Below, one piece after another: positions 52,957-64,000 of a DNA stretch of 64,000 nt (position 1 is the first letter of the stretch; every line of letters starts with the position of its first letter). Origin of the DNA: Hemiscyllium ocellatum (taxonomy: Eukaryota). Made by a program: the position numbers and the translations under genes. The notes below the pieces were generated by a model. That model was not told where the DNA came from and did not search any database. It worked only from the letters and a program-made list of their open reading frames with translations. Where the stretch lies: contig NC_083421.1 of assembly GCF_020745735.1 (NCBI RefSeq), forward strand, positions 63,913,001-63,977,000. Reading direction: 5' to 3'.

Positions 52957-55900
52957 CTGCAAAGCAGAGGTCATAGCACCGATTAGTCAACGGGGAAACT
53001 GGGCAAGAAGCGGTCAGTGGTGGGGGGAGAAGAGACACAGTCAAGCACAACCTGGTCTCCAAACAGACCCTGGACAGCTACAGTATAACGTTAGGGTACA
53101 GAGTCAGTGGATGCTCTGGCTGTAATCTTCCAGGAATCCTAAACATCTGGAAAAGTTCCAGAGGATTGGAAAACTGGCAATATTTAAAAAAAGGAAGGTG
53201 ACAAAACAGGTTACAGCTTAACATTTGTTATTAGGAAAACATTAGAGTTTGTTGTAAAGGATGTTTCAGCAGTGCATTTAGAAGTACGTAGTATGACCTA
53301 GCAGAGTCAGCATGGCATCATGAAGGAGAAATCATACCAGACAAATTTATTAGAATACGCTCAGGAGGTGACAAGTAGGATAGATAAAGGGGAAGCAGTG
53401 GGTGTAATGCATTTGAATTTTCAGAAGGCGAATGATGAAGTGCCACATGATTGGTTAATTTAATAAGAGCTGAGTGTTGGAGATAATATTGAAGGTAGTA
53501 TATTAAAATGGATAGAGCACTGACAAACTATAAAGGGTATTTCCAACCTGTAACTGGTGAGCATCACAGAGATCAGTGCTGGAACAACAATTATTTACAA
53601 TATATATTAATGACTCAGATGAGGAAGGTTAATGTATTATCACCAAGTTTGCAGATGATATAAATAAAACAGATGGGAAAGCAAGTGGTGAGAATGACAA
53701 AGAATCTGCAAAGGAAAATAACAGGTTAACTAGTAGGCAAAATCTTTGCAGATGGAATATAATGTGGGGAAATGTGAGATTATGCATTTTGGTAGGACGA
53801 AGGACGAATAGAGGATCTGAATATTATTTAAATGGAGATAGGCTGCAGAAAACTACAGCAGTGAGACTTGGGAGTTCTCATCCTTGAATCATAAAAAGCT
53901 AGTATCTAATTTCATTAGGTAATTGGGAAGGTAAATGAAATATTGGTCTTTATTTCAAAGGGAATAAAGTATAAAAGTCAGGAGCTTATGAGAAAAATGT
54001 ACAAAGCTTTAGTCAGACTACAGCTGGAATAGTGTGAATGGCCTTGGGCCCCCTACCTGAGTAAAGGTGTACTGCCATTGGCAGTCCAGGGAAAGTATGC
54101 GAGGCCAATACCAGGTATTGCGCAGGAGGTGGAGAGTCTCTTATGAGGAAAGGTTGTGTAGACTGGACCTGTAGGCCACAGCTGGAGTATTGTGTGCAGT
54201 TCAAGAATCCATATTATTGAAGGGATGTGATTGCACTAGAGAGAGATGCAGAGGGGATTTCCCAGCATGCTGCTGGGACTGGAGGGGCAGTGATGGAGAG
54301 AGATTAGACAGCATGGGGTTATTTTCCTCAGAGCAGAGACGACTGAGGGGGGAACTGATTGTGATATAAAATTGAGAGACATAGGGTATATGGCAAGAAA
54401 CTTCTCTCCTTGGTAGAGGAATCAATGACTAGGGCATGGGAGGGCACATTTAAGGTGAGGGGCAAGAGGAGTGGTGGAAATCTGGAACTCACCTGCAAGG
54501 GTGGGAGAGGCAAAAAAAATCCTGAGCATTGAAGTCGTATTTGAGTATAAGGAAGGGGACAGGAGGTTTAGAGGAGATGTATGGAAAATGGTTTTCATCT
54601 AGAGGGTGATGAGAATCTGAAACACTGTGCCTGTAAGGTGTTAATGGGCAGAAACCCTCATTACATTTAAGTATTTAGATATACATTTGTGATGCTAAGT
54701 CAGACAAGGTTATGGGCAAGTGCTGAAAATGGGAAGGGAAAGGGTTAGGTGGTTGTTTTTGACTGGCACAGACTCATTGAGTCAAAGAGCCTTTTTCTGT
54801 GCTGTAGACCTCCATAACTCTATGTACGTTTTGAAATACAGAAGAATGAAGGGGGGGGGGGGGGGCAACCTGACTGAATCCAAAATTCTTAGAGGACTTG
54901 ACAGTCAGTGTTGCTTCCCCTTTTGGAAGAGTCTAGACCAAAGGGCATAACGTCAGAATAAAGGGTCATAGATTTGAGAGAGATGAGGAATTTCTTGTCT
55001 CAGACGGTAGTGAATCTGTGGAAATCTTTATTGCAGAGCGCTGTCAAGGCTGGGGATGAAGTATATTTAAAGCTAAGATTTTAATCAAGGGGTATGGGGA
55101 GAAAGCAGGAACGTGGAGTTGAGGATGGATAGATCAGGCATGATTTTACTGAATGGGGGAGCAGACTCGGTGGGCAGATTGTTCCCCTTCTGCTCCTATT
55201 TCTGATGGTTCTCCTATCAAAGTCTCCCAGGACATGGACAGCATGGGGTTGGATAGATTAAAGCTTCATGACTGTTTTGCAACATTTTTTGACATAATGT
55301 GATTAACATTTATCGCAAGTCTGAAGAGAGTATTGCAAAGGAGAAGTTTATTTTTAATGTAAAAGTATGTACTTACTTGGGGGAACTGTGCAGGGTTGTA
55401 AAACTGAACGGCTCCTGATGCAGGGCCGCCATGCAGAGGCTGAGCAGCAGTCTAGAAAAACAGACAAACGTTTACCAACGGGGCCTCAATAACCTACCAG
55501 ATATGCAGGGAAAGTCAACTTTTATAGCTGTACAGGACGGAAACAGACCCTTCAGTCCAACCAGTCCATGCCAACCATAATCCCAAACTAAACTAGTCCT
55601 ACCTGCCTGAGCATTTCTTATCATGAACTTACCTCAATGTCTTTTTAAGTCAATGTTACCCACATCCACCATTTCCCTCTGGAAGTTCAGTCTACACACA
55701 AACTGCTGTTAAATTTTTTTAAAATTGCCCCTCACGTCATTTTTAAAAACCTTTCTCCTCTCACCTTAAAAAATATGCCCCCTTGTTTTGAAGTCCCCCA
55801 CCCTAGAGAAAAGATACCTGCCATTTGCCTTGTCTAGAGCCGGCATGATTTCATAAGCCTTTTGTCTTTACATAGCACCTAACCTGAACTCAAGATGCCC

Positions 55901-58900
55901 TGAAACACTTCAGAACGTCTTTAGTTTAGTCTCCCAGCCGTGAATGTCCCAAGCGGGACAGCAACAGTCTTTGCATTGACGGGCACACTGAAGGTGATGA
56001 CATGGTGTGTAATGTCAGAGATTGCAGCACTAGAGCAGGCTAACATTCCCAATGAAACACTGTAGGAGTACAGCACTGTCAGAGCTGCAGTCTTGTGAAT
56101 GAGCTATTCCTGAAAGAAAGGCATCCTATCTGCCCTTTCAGGTAGGCTGAACAGATTCCATAGAGGTTATTCCCAAGGGGAACTGAGGCAGTTCTCCCTG
56201 GGATCCTGACCAAAGCTGATACCACAATCGACATGAGTAAATCAGAAAACCTGGCCACCTTTCATGCCGCTGAATATGGGATTTTACTGTGTATAAATCA
56301 GCTGTCACATTTTTCCAATTCAATCTAGTAACTACACTTCATGAGTACTTCAACTGCGAAGCAAATTGGGATACTGTTCTAGCTAAAGGCACCATAAGAA
56401 CACCAGTTTATTTCAGAGACAGACAAAACTATAGGATCAGCAAATTTTCCCTGATGGCATGGCCCGTTTAGCACACAAGCAGTTTAGAAGATACAGGCTG
56501 CACAAACTCGGTGTCTCTTTCTGGATGGTTAGCTGATCACTGTCACTGTCCTAGTGCCTTATGCCCAGTTCAAGGCAGGATGATTCATGACAGAGTGGGC
56601 CTTAGCGTTAATTATTTCTGTACCTTCCCTAGCTGTCTAGGCTGGTGCACTGAAGAACACTCACTGCTGTGAGGTGAAGCTAGCCTGGGGTTGTGTACCT
56701 CCCAATAAGCAGACAGGTCAACTCCAGAACAGGTGAGGAGAGAGAAAAATGAGAGGAAAAAGACTGCTTCAAACTTAAACAAACATTGCCTTTTATTAAG
56801 ATCATCGATTCAACAGGAAACAGAGGTAGCAGATCAGAATAATTTAGGACTGAGAGGAGGAGGAAGACCTTCACTCAGACAGTGGTGAACCTTGAGAATT
56901 CTCTATCACAAAGGGAGCTCAGTCATTAAGTGAGATAGAAATTGATAGATTTTTAATTACTAATGATATCAAGGGATATGGGACAGCAGAGGAAAATGGC
57001 ATTGAGGTAGATTAGGTTAGATTACTAACAGTGTGGAAACAGGTCCTTCGGCCCAACAAGTCCACACCGACCCTCCGAAGCGCACCCACCCAAACCCATC
57101 CTCCTACATTTACCCCTGCACCTAACACTATGGGCAATTTAGCATGGCCAATTCACCTAAGCTGCACATTTTTGGACTGTGGGAGGAAACCGGAACACCC
57201 GGAGGAAACTCACGCAGACACGGGGAGAATGTGCAAACTCCACACAGTCAGTTGCCTGAGGCGGGAATTGAACCCGGGTCTCTGGCGCTGTGAGGCAGCA
57301 ATGCTAACCACTGTGCCACCGTGCCGTGATCAGCTGTGATCTAGAATGACAGGGCAGCCTGAAGTGCATAGAAGTGAAGGTTAAGACAGCTGGATACTCA
57401 GAGGAAGGAGTCACCTCTAGCATCGATACAATTGGCAATGTGGTTTAGCAACGGTGTAGTTTACCTCTCCATGCTGCAAACTGTCAGGCTCGGATGGTGA
57501 AGAATCAGCATTTGGTATCGGGTTAAATATCTGGAAAAGGAGAACCAACACAAGATATTTAATATAAACTTGCTCAATCAAACTCACTTTGATATGTTTG
57601 TTTTACACTTTCATTGTATCACAGGAAAAACGAGCACTTGGGGCCCATCCCTCATTGCTGGACAATTTCAGAGGGCATTAAAGACTTTGCTGTGGGACTG
57701 GAGTCAGACCTAGGCCAGACCAAGTAATGATGGCAGACCTCCCTCTCTAAAGGACATCAGCGAATGAGGTGGGTCTTCAATTTCAGATTTATTGTGTTGG
57801 AATTTAAATTCCAACAGCTGCCATGGTGGGATTTGAATCCCTGTCCCAACAATGTCTGTCTAGGCCTCTGGATTACTTGGTCAGTGACATTACCACTACT
57901 CCACTATCACCCTGCCATTTTAATTAAACGGGCTTTTTCTCTAAAACTATTACGAACAATGCGCTTATAAAACGTTTCAATTATCATTTGTTTGTAAAAA
58001 TCTTTGAAATGTTGATTAAAAGCACCTGTGTCATGTTTCTCAGTATTACAGACACTTGAGCAACATCATAGGCGATCACCTCTTAAGGTATTACATCATT
58101 GTAAAAACGGATCTTGTTACTGAGATTGTCGACCTGCACTGATAGACGTGAGGAAGATCAAAATTCTGAGCTGTTGATATAAAGGTTGGGGCAGCATGGT
58201 GGCTCAGTGGTTAGCACTGCTGCTTCACAGTGCCAGGTATCTGGATGACTGTGTGGAGTTTGCAAATTCTACTAGTGTCTGCCTGGGTTTTCTCTGGGTG
58301 CTCCAGTTTCCTCCCACTGTCCAAAAATGTGTGGGTTAGGCGGATTAGCCATGGGAAATGCAGGGTTACTGGGACAGGGTAGGAGGGTGGGTCTATGTGG
58401 GTGCTCTTCGGAGGGTCGATGGACTTGATGGGTCAAATGGCCTGTTTCCACAGTAGGGATTCTAATTCCATAACACTGTTACTGAGAATTTCAAGTCTGA
58501 ATTCAGGAGAACTTCCTTTCCCCAGAGCGTGGGGAAATATAGAACATAGAACAATACAGCACAGAACAGGCCCTTCGGCCCACAATGTTGTGCCGAACAA
58601 ATATGGATCAATTGTACCAATACACTTAACGAGGCAGTTGGATAACAAGAAGGAAATTAACAGAGGGATTTGCTATTTGGGTGAGATGAAGATGGAGTGT
58701 GAGGGGGCTTATGAGGGCCAGAAAGACCAGCTCAAAGAGGTGGCCCAGTCTTGGGCTACTCTGGGTCAAAAGGTCTCCATTCCAGTTCTAACTGGTTTGA
58801 ACAGGTTGATTCAAAATACGCAGGCAGGTTGCACTGAATGGGCTGTTTCTGGCTATTTAACAAGAGACTATAGAACATAAGCCTGATACCTGGGGCTGTG

Positions 58901-60859
58901 CAGTTGCCTCAGGAGTTGCCTGCTCCACAGGCTGAGAGATCTCTGCTGGGTTTCCTTCAGAAGGTTGAGATCCCTCACCTGCAAACCACAAACACAAAAA
59001 CTTTGGTAGGTCTTCAAAACAAAGTAAAATCCCAAGAATAACAGAAAAATCAGCCAAAAGGGTGGCACTAAAACAACCTTAATCACTCAAAAAGATACTA
59101 ATGGGACTGAAGACTGGCAAGTCCCCCGGATCCATTAGACCTTGATCTGCAAAGAAGGTGCCACAGAGATGATTACTGCATTGGTTGTAATCTTCTAAAA
59201 TTTTCTAGATTCTGAAAAGATCCCAATGGGTAGGAAAATCACAAACATAACATGTCTAAAGTTCAGAGAAGGTTTACTCGATTAATTCCTGGGATGAAAA
59301 AAGTGAGGTCTGCAGATGCTGGAGATCAGAGCTGAAAATGTGTTGCTGGAAAAGCGCAGCAGGTCAGGCAGCATCCAAGGAACAGGAAATTCGATGTTTT
59401 GGGCATAAGCCCTTCATCAGGGCTGATGAAGGGCTTATGCCCGAAATGTTGAATTTCCTGCTCCTTGGATGCTGCCTGACCTGCTGCGCTTTTCCAGCAA
59501 CACATTTTCAGCTAATTCCTGGGATGAGTGGATTATCTTATGAGGAAATGTTACACCTTCATTCAGTGGATTTAAGAATAAAAAGAGATGACCATCTTGA
59601 AACACAAAAGATCTTGAGGTGACTTGATGGGTTCTACGCTGAAAGAACATCTCTTCTTCGGAAATATTTAAAATGGGTGGGACAGAGTTAAAATAAAACA
59701 AAGAATGCAGATGCTGGAAATCAGAAACAAAAACAGAAATTGCTGGAGAAACTCAACAGGTCCGGCAGCATCTGTGAACAGAGAAACAAAGTTAACGTTA
59801 TTAGGCTCCTGAGCTTTGTTCTGAACTTTAAAACAAAGTTTAAAAGGAAGGGCTCTTCTATTAAAGATGGTAAGTGTGTTAAATTCTCTTGCTTAGAATG
59901 ATGGAGGCCAAATCAATGAATTTTCAAGATAGAAGTAGATGGACACTCGACTAGCAAGAATTAGACAGAAATGTGGAACTGAGGTTACCATCAGACCAAC
60001 TGTGATCTTATTGTATAGTAGAGCAAGCTAGAAGGGCCAAATGGCCTACTCCTGCTCTGCATATAAACAGTGATTGCCTGATTCAGTTAATAGCATTGTG
60101 ACCTCCAAGTCAGAAAGCAGCAGCATGAAGTTCCACATATCAAGACTTCAGCCTATTATCGAGATGACTACCACTGCAGACACTTTTCACGTCCAAGATC
60201 TTGCTCTTGACTCACCATTCCAAATGGTCTCACTCCCCCCTCAGTTTCCAAGGATGCTAAGGATCAGTCAGTGGGTGATACACTCTCCCTTGAGACTGAG
60301 AAGATCATGCATTCAAGTCCTGCTCCATGGCTTTGACAATGACTAGGTAGACACTGTCTTTCAGGAACAATAATAAACCGATGTCTTGATGACCTTCACT
60401 TGTACAGGCAAAAGTTTTTGTGGGGTGACCCCAAAGGTAAGGGAGGTGCCCTGATGACCCTGCCATTATTAATACTTGTTCTGGCTGCTTCATCTCCCAC
60501 ATTAAAACAGTAACTTCACCAGAAAACAAAGTACTTCAAGGCTACAAAGTGCTTCGTAATCTCCAGACGTACTGACAGGAATTACAGAAATAAGAGTCTG
60601 TCTTTATCAGGGACTTCGCTATCACTGGACAGCATGAGGACTCAAAGGCAAAAACAGAAACAATATTTTATAATGCTGACAGACTGATACACATACAACC
60701 AGCTGGAACAGCAAGGCAACTTACCTGGCATCGGCACAAAGAGGTTGGTAGGGATTGGCATTGGTGCCAAGGGGGCAAACAGGTCCACTGGGGGCATCAG
60801 AACTCCACCAGGCCGTGATCCACTGGGATTCAGGACATCCACATATCGACCTTTTGTGC
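52888..60859 (-). CDS. SEC16A: Protein transport protein Sec16A, C-terminal five coding exons (gene continues past the window end)
   Basis: complement(join(52888..52956,55377..55451,57465..57530,58890..58978,60725..60859)). Conserved RYVDVLNPSG...FAPLAPMPIPTNLFVP, FYNPAQF, and terminal GRFRQRKYPALN*; syntenic with INPP5E. Confidence 0.92.
53100..55200 (+). mobile_element. Cluster of decayed CR1 fragments
   Basis: caagtttgcagatgat (KFADD), gctggagtattgtgtgcagtt, CR1 tails. Confidence 0.75.
55377..55451 (-). CDS. SEC16A: SEC16A exon TAAQPLHGGPASGAVQFYNPAQFPQ
   Basis: ttttctag|...|gtaagt, 75 nt. Confidence 0.9.
57010..57325 (-). mobile_element. HE1-type SINE
   Basis: Same family as 41377-41690. 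Confidence 0.88.
57465..57530 (-). CDS. SEC16A: SEC16A exon IFNPIPNADSSPSEPDSLQHGE
   Basis: ttttccag|...|gtaaac, 66 nt, phase 0-0; ends in GE like the vertebrate orthologous exon. Confidence 0.75.
58188..58470 (+). mobile_element. Diverged HE1-type SINE
   Basis: ggcagcatggtggctcagtggttagcactgctg...ctccagtttcctcccactgtccaaa. Confidence 0.8.
58890..58978 (-). CDS. SEC16A: SEC16A exon EGSQPSEGNPAEISQPVEQATPEATAQPQ
   Basis: ttgcag|...|gtatca, 89 nt, phase 1-0. Confidence 0.8.
59298..59512. mobile_element. PLE-derived fold-back mini-element with a 15-bp TSD, inserted in a CR1 remnant
   Basis: TSD TAATTCCTGGGATGA at 59283-59297 and 59513-59527; palindrome centre tcatcag-gg-ctgatga. Confidence 0.9.
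60725..60859 (-). CDS. SEC16A: SEC16A exon TKGRYVDVLNPSGSRPGGVLMPPVDLFAPLAPMPIPTNLFVPMP
   Basis: ctcag|...|gtaagt, 135 nt, phase 1-1. Confidence 0.94.
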
Positions 60860-60879
60860 CTGAGAAAGATTGAGCAGGT

Positions 60880-61160
60880 ATGGGAGTGTGAGAGTTCATG
60901 TATGACAGTGTGCACGAGAGAACAAACACAGCGTGTGCATGTGCGTGCATTTGGGTGAGTGTGCATGCATACAAGAGACAATGCACATGCGTGAGTATGA
61001 GTTAGAGTGTGTGTACACAAGAGTGCGAGTGTGCATGTATAAGTGAGAAGGTGTGCATGAATGAGTGTGTGCAGTATGTATGTATGTGAGAATGTGAGCA
61101 TGTATAGGAGAAAACATATGTGTAATAGTGTGTGCAGACGTTTGTGAGAATGAGTGTGCG
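60880..61160. repeat. Degenerate (GT/AT)n simple repeat
   Basis: gtgtgcatgt... low complexity. Confidence 0.8.
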
Positions 61161-62744
61161 GGAAGGGGAGAAAATGTAACCCATCAATTAAAGAGGATTC
61201 ATATGATGCATTTTTCAATGAGACAGATTTAAAATATCTTGTAATTTAGCAACTAGAGGAACAGACAGATTTAGAAATGCAGAAATAACTATAAGTCCTT
61301 TTTTAATACAATTTTACACGGTTAACAAATTGTGGACATTGTTTTTATAGCATGAACTTTTAAAGTATTTATTGGTTATAACGTCATTCCGGCCCCATTA
61401 GGGCCATTGTGTGATTTTCTCATAACACAGGATTACACGACAACAGATCTATTGTGTTACAGCAGAACTGACTATTGGCCAATGGCTCCTTCAGCTTGAC
61501 AGGGGAAAATAACGCTTCAGGCTTCAAACCCTAGTCAGAGCCAAACTGGATCACCTTAATCTCTCTCCAGGGCAATTAGCGATGGAGCCACATCATACGA
61601 GGAAAAGTTCAAATCCATGCTCAGATCTGGACACCACATCTCAGGAAGGAGACCATGGCCTTGTTTATGATGTGACAGATTCACCAGAATGATATGAGTG
61701 GGGGTGGGTGGGGGTGGGGGAAAGAGAAGAAGAAAAGAACAAACCAAAAGCACAACACACAAACAGGCCCTTTGGCCCATCAAGTCTGTGCCAAAACATA
61801 AAGCCTTTCTCAACTAAATGCCTTCAGCTTCAGTATGGTCCATATCTCTCTACTCGCGCATCTGTTGCTACTGCGTATGATTCTACCACCTCTCTGGCAA
61901 CACATTCCAGGCACTTAACACTCTCTGTGAAAGAAATTGCCTCTCACATCATCTTTAAACCTTCCTCCTTTTACCTTAGATCTTAAGAACGAGCTAAATT
62001 ACAAGGACAGATGTGCATTCCCTTCAGTCTAGGGGATTGAAAGTGATCTAATTGACACGTTTAAGACAATTTAAAGATTTGCCAGGGTTGATAAAGACAA
62101 CAATTTTCTCTTTCTTTTGGGTGGGGGCAGATTCTTAAATTCAAATTATAATTCAAAAGTTTCCTGATGCTGCCTGACCTACTGTGCTTTTCCAGCACCA
62201 CACCCATGACACAGATTCTTGAAATCCAAGCAGAGTTTAGTCACGCAAAGGCAAATTGAAATCTGGAACCCTCTTCCCCAATAAGAACCCACAGATGGGT
62301 GTAAGGTAAAAGGGGGAAGTGAGCGCTGTAAGTGCTTGGAATGAGCTATCACGGGAGGTGGTTGAAGTTGATTCAATCACAATATTTAAGAGGCATCTTG
62401 ACAGAGACATGAATAGGCAGGGAAGAGGAGGATATGGACAATGGAGAGGCAAAAGGTTTTTTAGTTTTTGTTGGTGTGGGTATGAAGTGTAACAGAACCA
62501 AATCAAGTATAGGAAGCTAATTTAGGGATCAGCAATAACTTAATGGAATAGCACAAGAGGCTCAACAAGGGCAGAATTACTTCATTTTCCCCGATGAGCG
62601 CGACACACAGACACACAGAATGTGGGAGGAAATTTCTTGCTTTGAACAGAACATTAAAAATGCGCTAAAGTATATTTTTAAATGGCAGAACAGTTCCCCT
62701 GCTACTGCCCTGGCCAATGTGCAAGTCCCAGCAACATTAATTGA

Positions 62745-63470
62745 ACAGAATCATACTGCACAGTAACAGATCATTCTGTCCATCATAGTCCACGATGACA
62801 ATGTTCCCAAACTAAATTTGTCCCATTTGCCTGCATTTGGCTCATATCCCTCCAAACCTTTCCTACTCATGTACTTATTTAAATGTCTTTAAATGTTGTA
62901 ATAGTACCTGCATCTAACACTTCTGCTGGAAGTTCATTTGACACATGAACCACTGTGTAAAACAAGTTGCTCCTCATGTCCTTTTTAAAACTTTCTCCTT
63001 TCACCTTAAAATATGCCCCCTAGTTTTGAACTCCCCCACCCTAGTGAAAAGACCTTTGTTATTCACCTCAACTAAGCCAGTCATGATTTTATAAACTTCT
63101 ATAAGGTCACCCCTCAATCTCCAACACTTCAGTGACAAATATCCCAGCCTATCTAGCCTCTCTTATAACTATTTCCTGGCAACTTCCTTGTAAATCTTTT
63201 CTGAATCCTCTCCAATTTAATAATACTCCTCCTATAACAGGGTGACTAGAACTGTACAACCTCGACATAACATCCCGACTCCTATATTCAAAGGTCTGAG
63301 TAACGGAGGCAGGTGCACTAAATTCCTTAACCACAATCTCTATGTGATGCAAATTTCAAAGAATTATGTCGGTGAACCCACTAGGTTTCTCTGTTTGATA
63401 ACACGACCCAGGCTCTTCCATTAACGGTTTCTGTCCTGCTCTTGGCTGTTTTTCAAAAAATTCAATACCT
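62745..63470 (-). mobile_element. CR1 3' fragment
   Basis: Reverse complement of CR1 RT C-terminus and tail. Confidence 0.8.
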
Positions 63471-63472
63471 TC

Positions 63473-64000
63473 AAAGTTTGTGCGAAGATTTGTAGCTCGG
63501 GTGCTTGTTGTAGTGGTTCTGTTCGCCGAGCTGGAAGTTTTTGTTGCAAACGTTTCGTCCCCTGGCTAGGAGACATCATCAGTGCTCTGGAGCCTCCTGC
63601 GAAGCGCTTCTTTGATGTTTCTTCCGGCATTTATAGTGGTCTGTCCTTGCCGCTTCCGGGTGTCAGTTTCAGCTGTCCGCTGTAGTGATTGGTATATTGG
63701 GTCCAGGTCGATGAGTCTGTTGATGGAGTTTGTGGATGAATGCCATGCCTCTAGGAATTCCCTGGCTGTTCTCTGTCTGGCTTGCCCTATGATAGTAGTG
63801 TTTTCCCAGTCGAATTCATGTTGCTTGTTGTCCGAGTGTGTGGCTACTAGTGATAGCTGGTCATGTCGTTTCGTGGCTAGTTGATGTTCATGTATGCGGA
63901 TTGTTAGCTGTCTTCCGCATACATGAACACCAACTAGCCACGGAACGACACGACCAGCTATCACTAGTAGCCACACACTCAGACAACAAGCAACATGAAT
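63473..64000 (-). mobile_element. Penelope (Poseidon-like) element 3' end with an inverted partial copy starting at about 63922
   Basis: GRQLTIRIHEHQLATKRHDQLSLVATH...HEFDWENTTII...REFLEAWHS GIY-YIG C-terminus; 63922-64000 is the reverse complement of about 63813-63892. Confidence 0.88.
63546..63585 (-). ncRNA. Minimal type I hammerhead ribozyme motif in a Penelope terminal repeat
   Basis: GCA-CUGAUGA-U-GUCUCCU-AGCC-AGGGGAC-GAAA-CG-UU-UGC: intact core, paired stems I and II, palindromic AAACGUUU stem III. Confidence 0.75.

Noticed and set aside
61380-61520. Non-repetitive motif-rich patch as a possible conserved enhancer
   Set aside because: No evidence without cross-species alignment

Overview
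Vertebrate genomic DNA, most likely from a cartilaginous fish (shark). This is inferred from the HE1/V-SINE, CR1 and Penelope-like repeat content, not proven. The window holds the conserved ENTR1(SDCCAG3)-PMPCA-INPP5E-SEC16A block. It contains the 5' end of ENTR1 (-), sharing a very short bidirectional promoter with PMPCA; a complete PMPCA (+, 14 coding exons, 513 aa); a complete INPP5E (-, 10 coding exons, 649 aa, CaaX CSVS); and the last five coding exons of SEC16A (-). Introns and intergenic DNA are packed with decayed CR1 LINEs, SINEs, minisatellites and Penelope-like elements (PLEs). Most notable: (1) many PLE-derived fold-back mini-elements carrying minimal hammerhead-ribozyme motifs, some with clear TSDs, next to GIY-YIG-encoding PLE remnants; (2) an extra intron that splits the 264-nt PMPCA exon into 184+80 nt; (3) an in-window empty-site copy of a PLE insertion locus; (4) locally templated insertions; (5) a perfect 29-bp-arm palindrome; (6) a divergent INPP5E ciliary-targeting motif. 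Most long ORFs in the supplied track are low-complexity or repeat artefacts.
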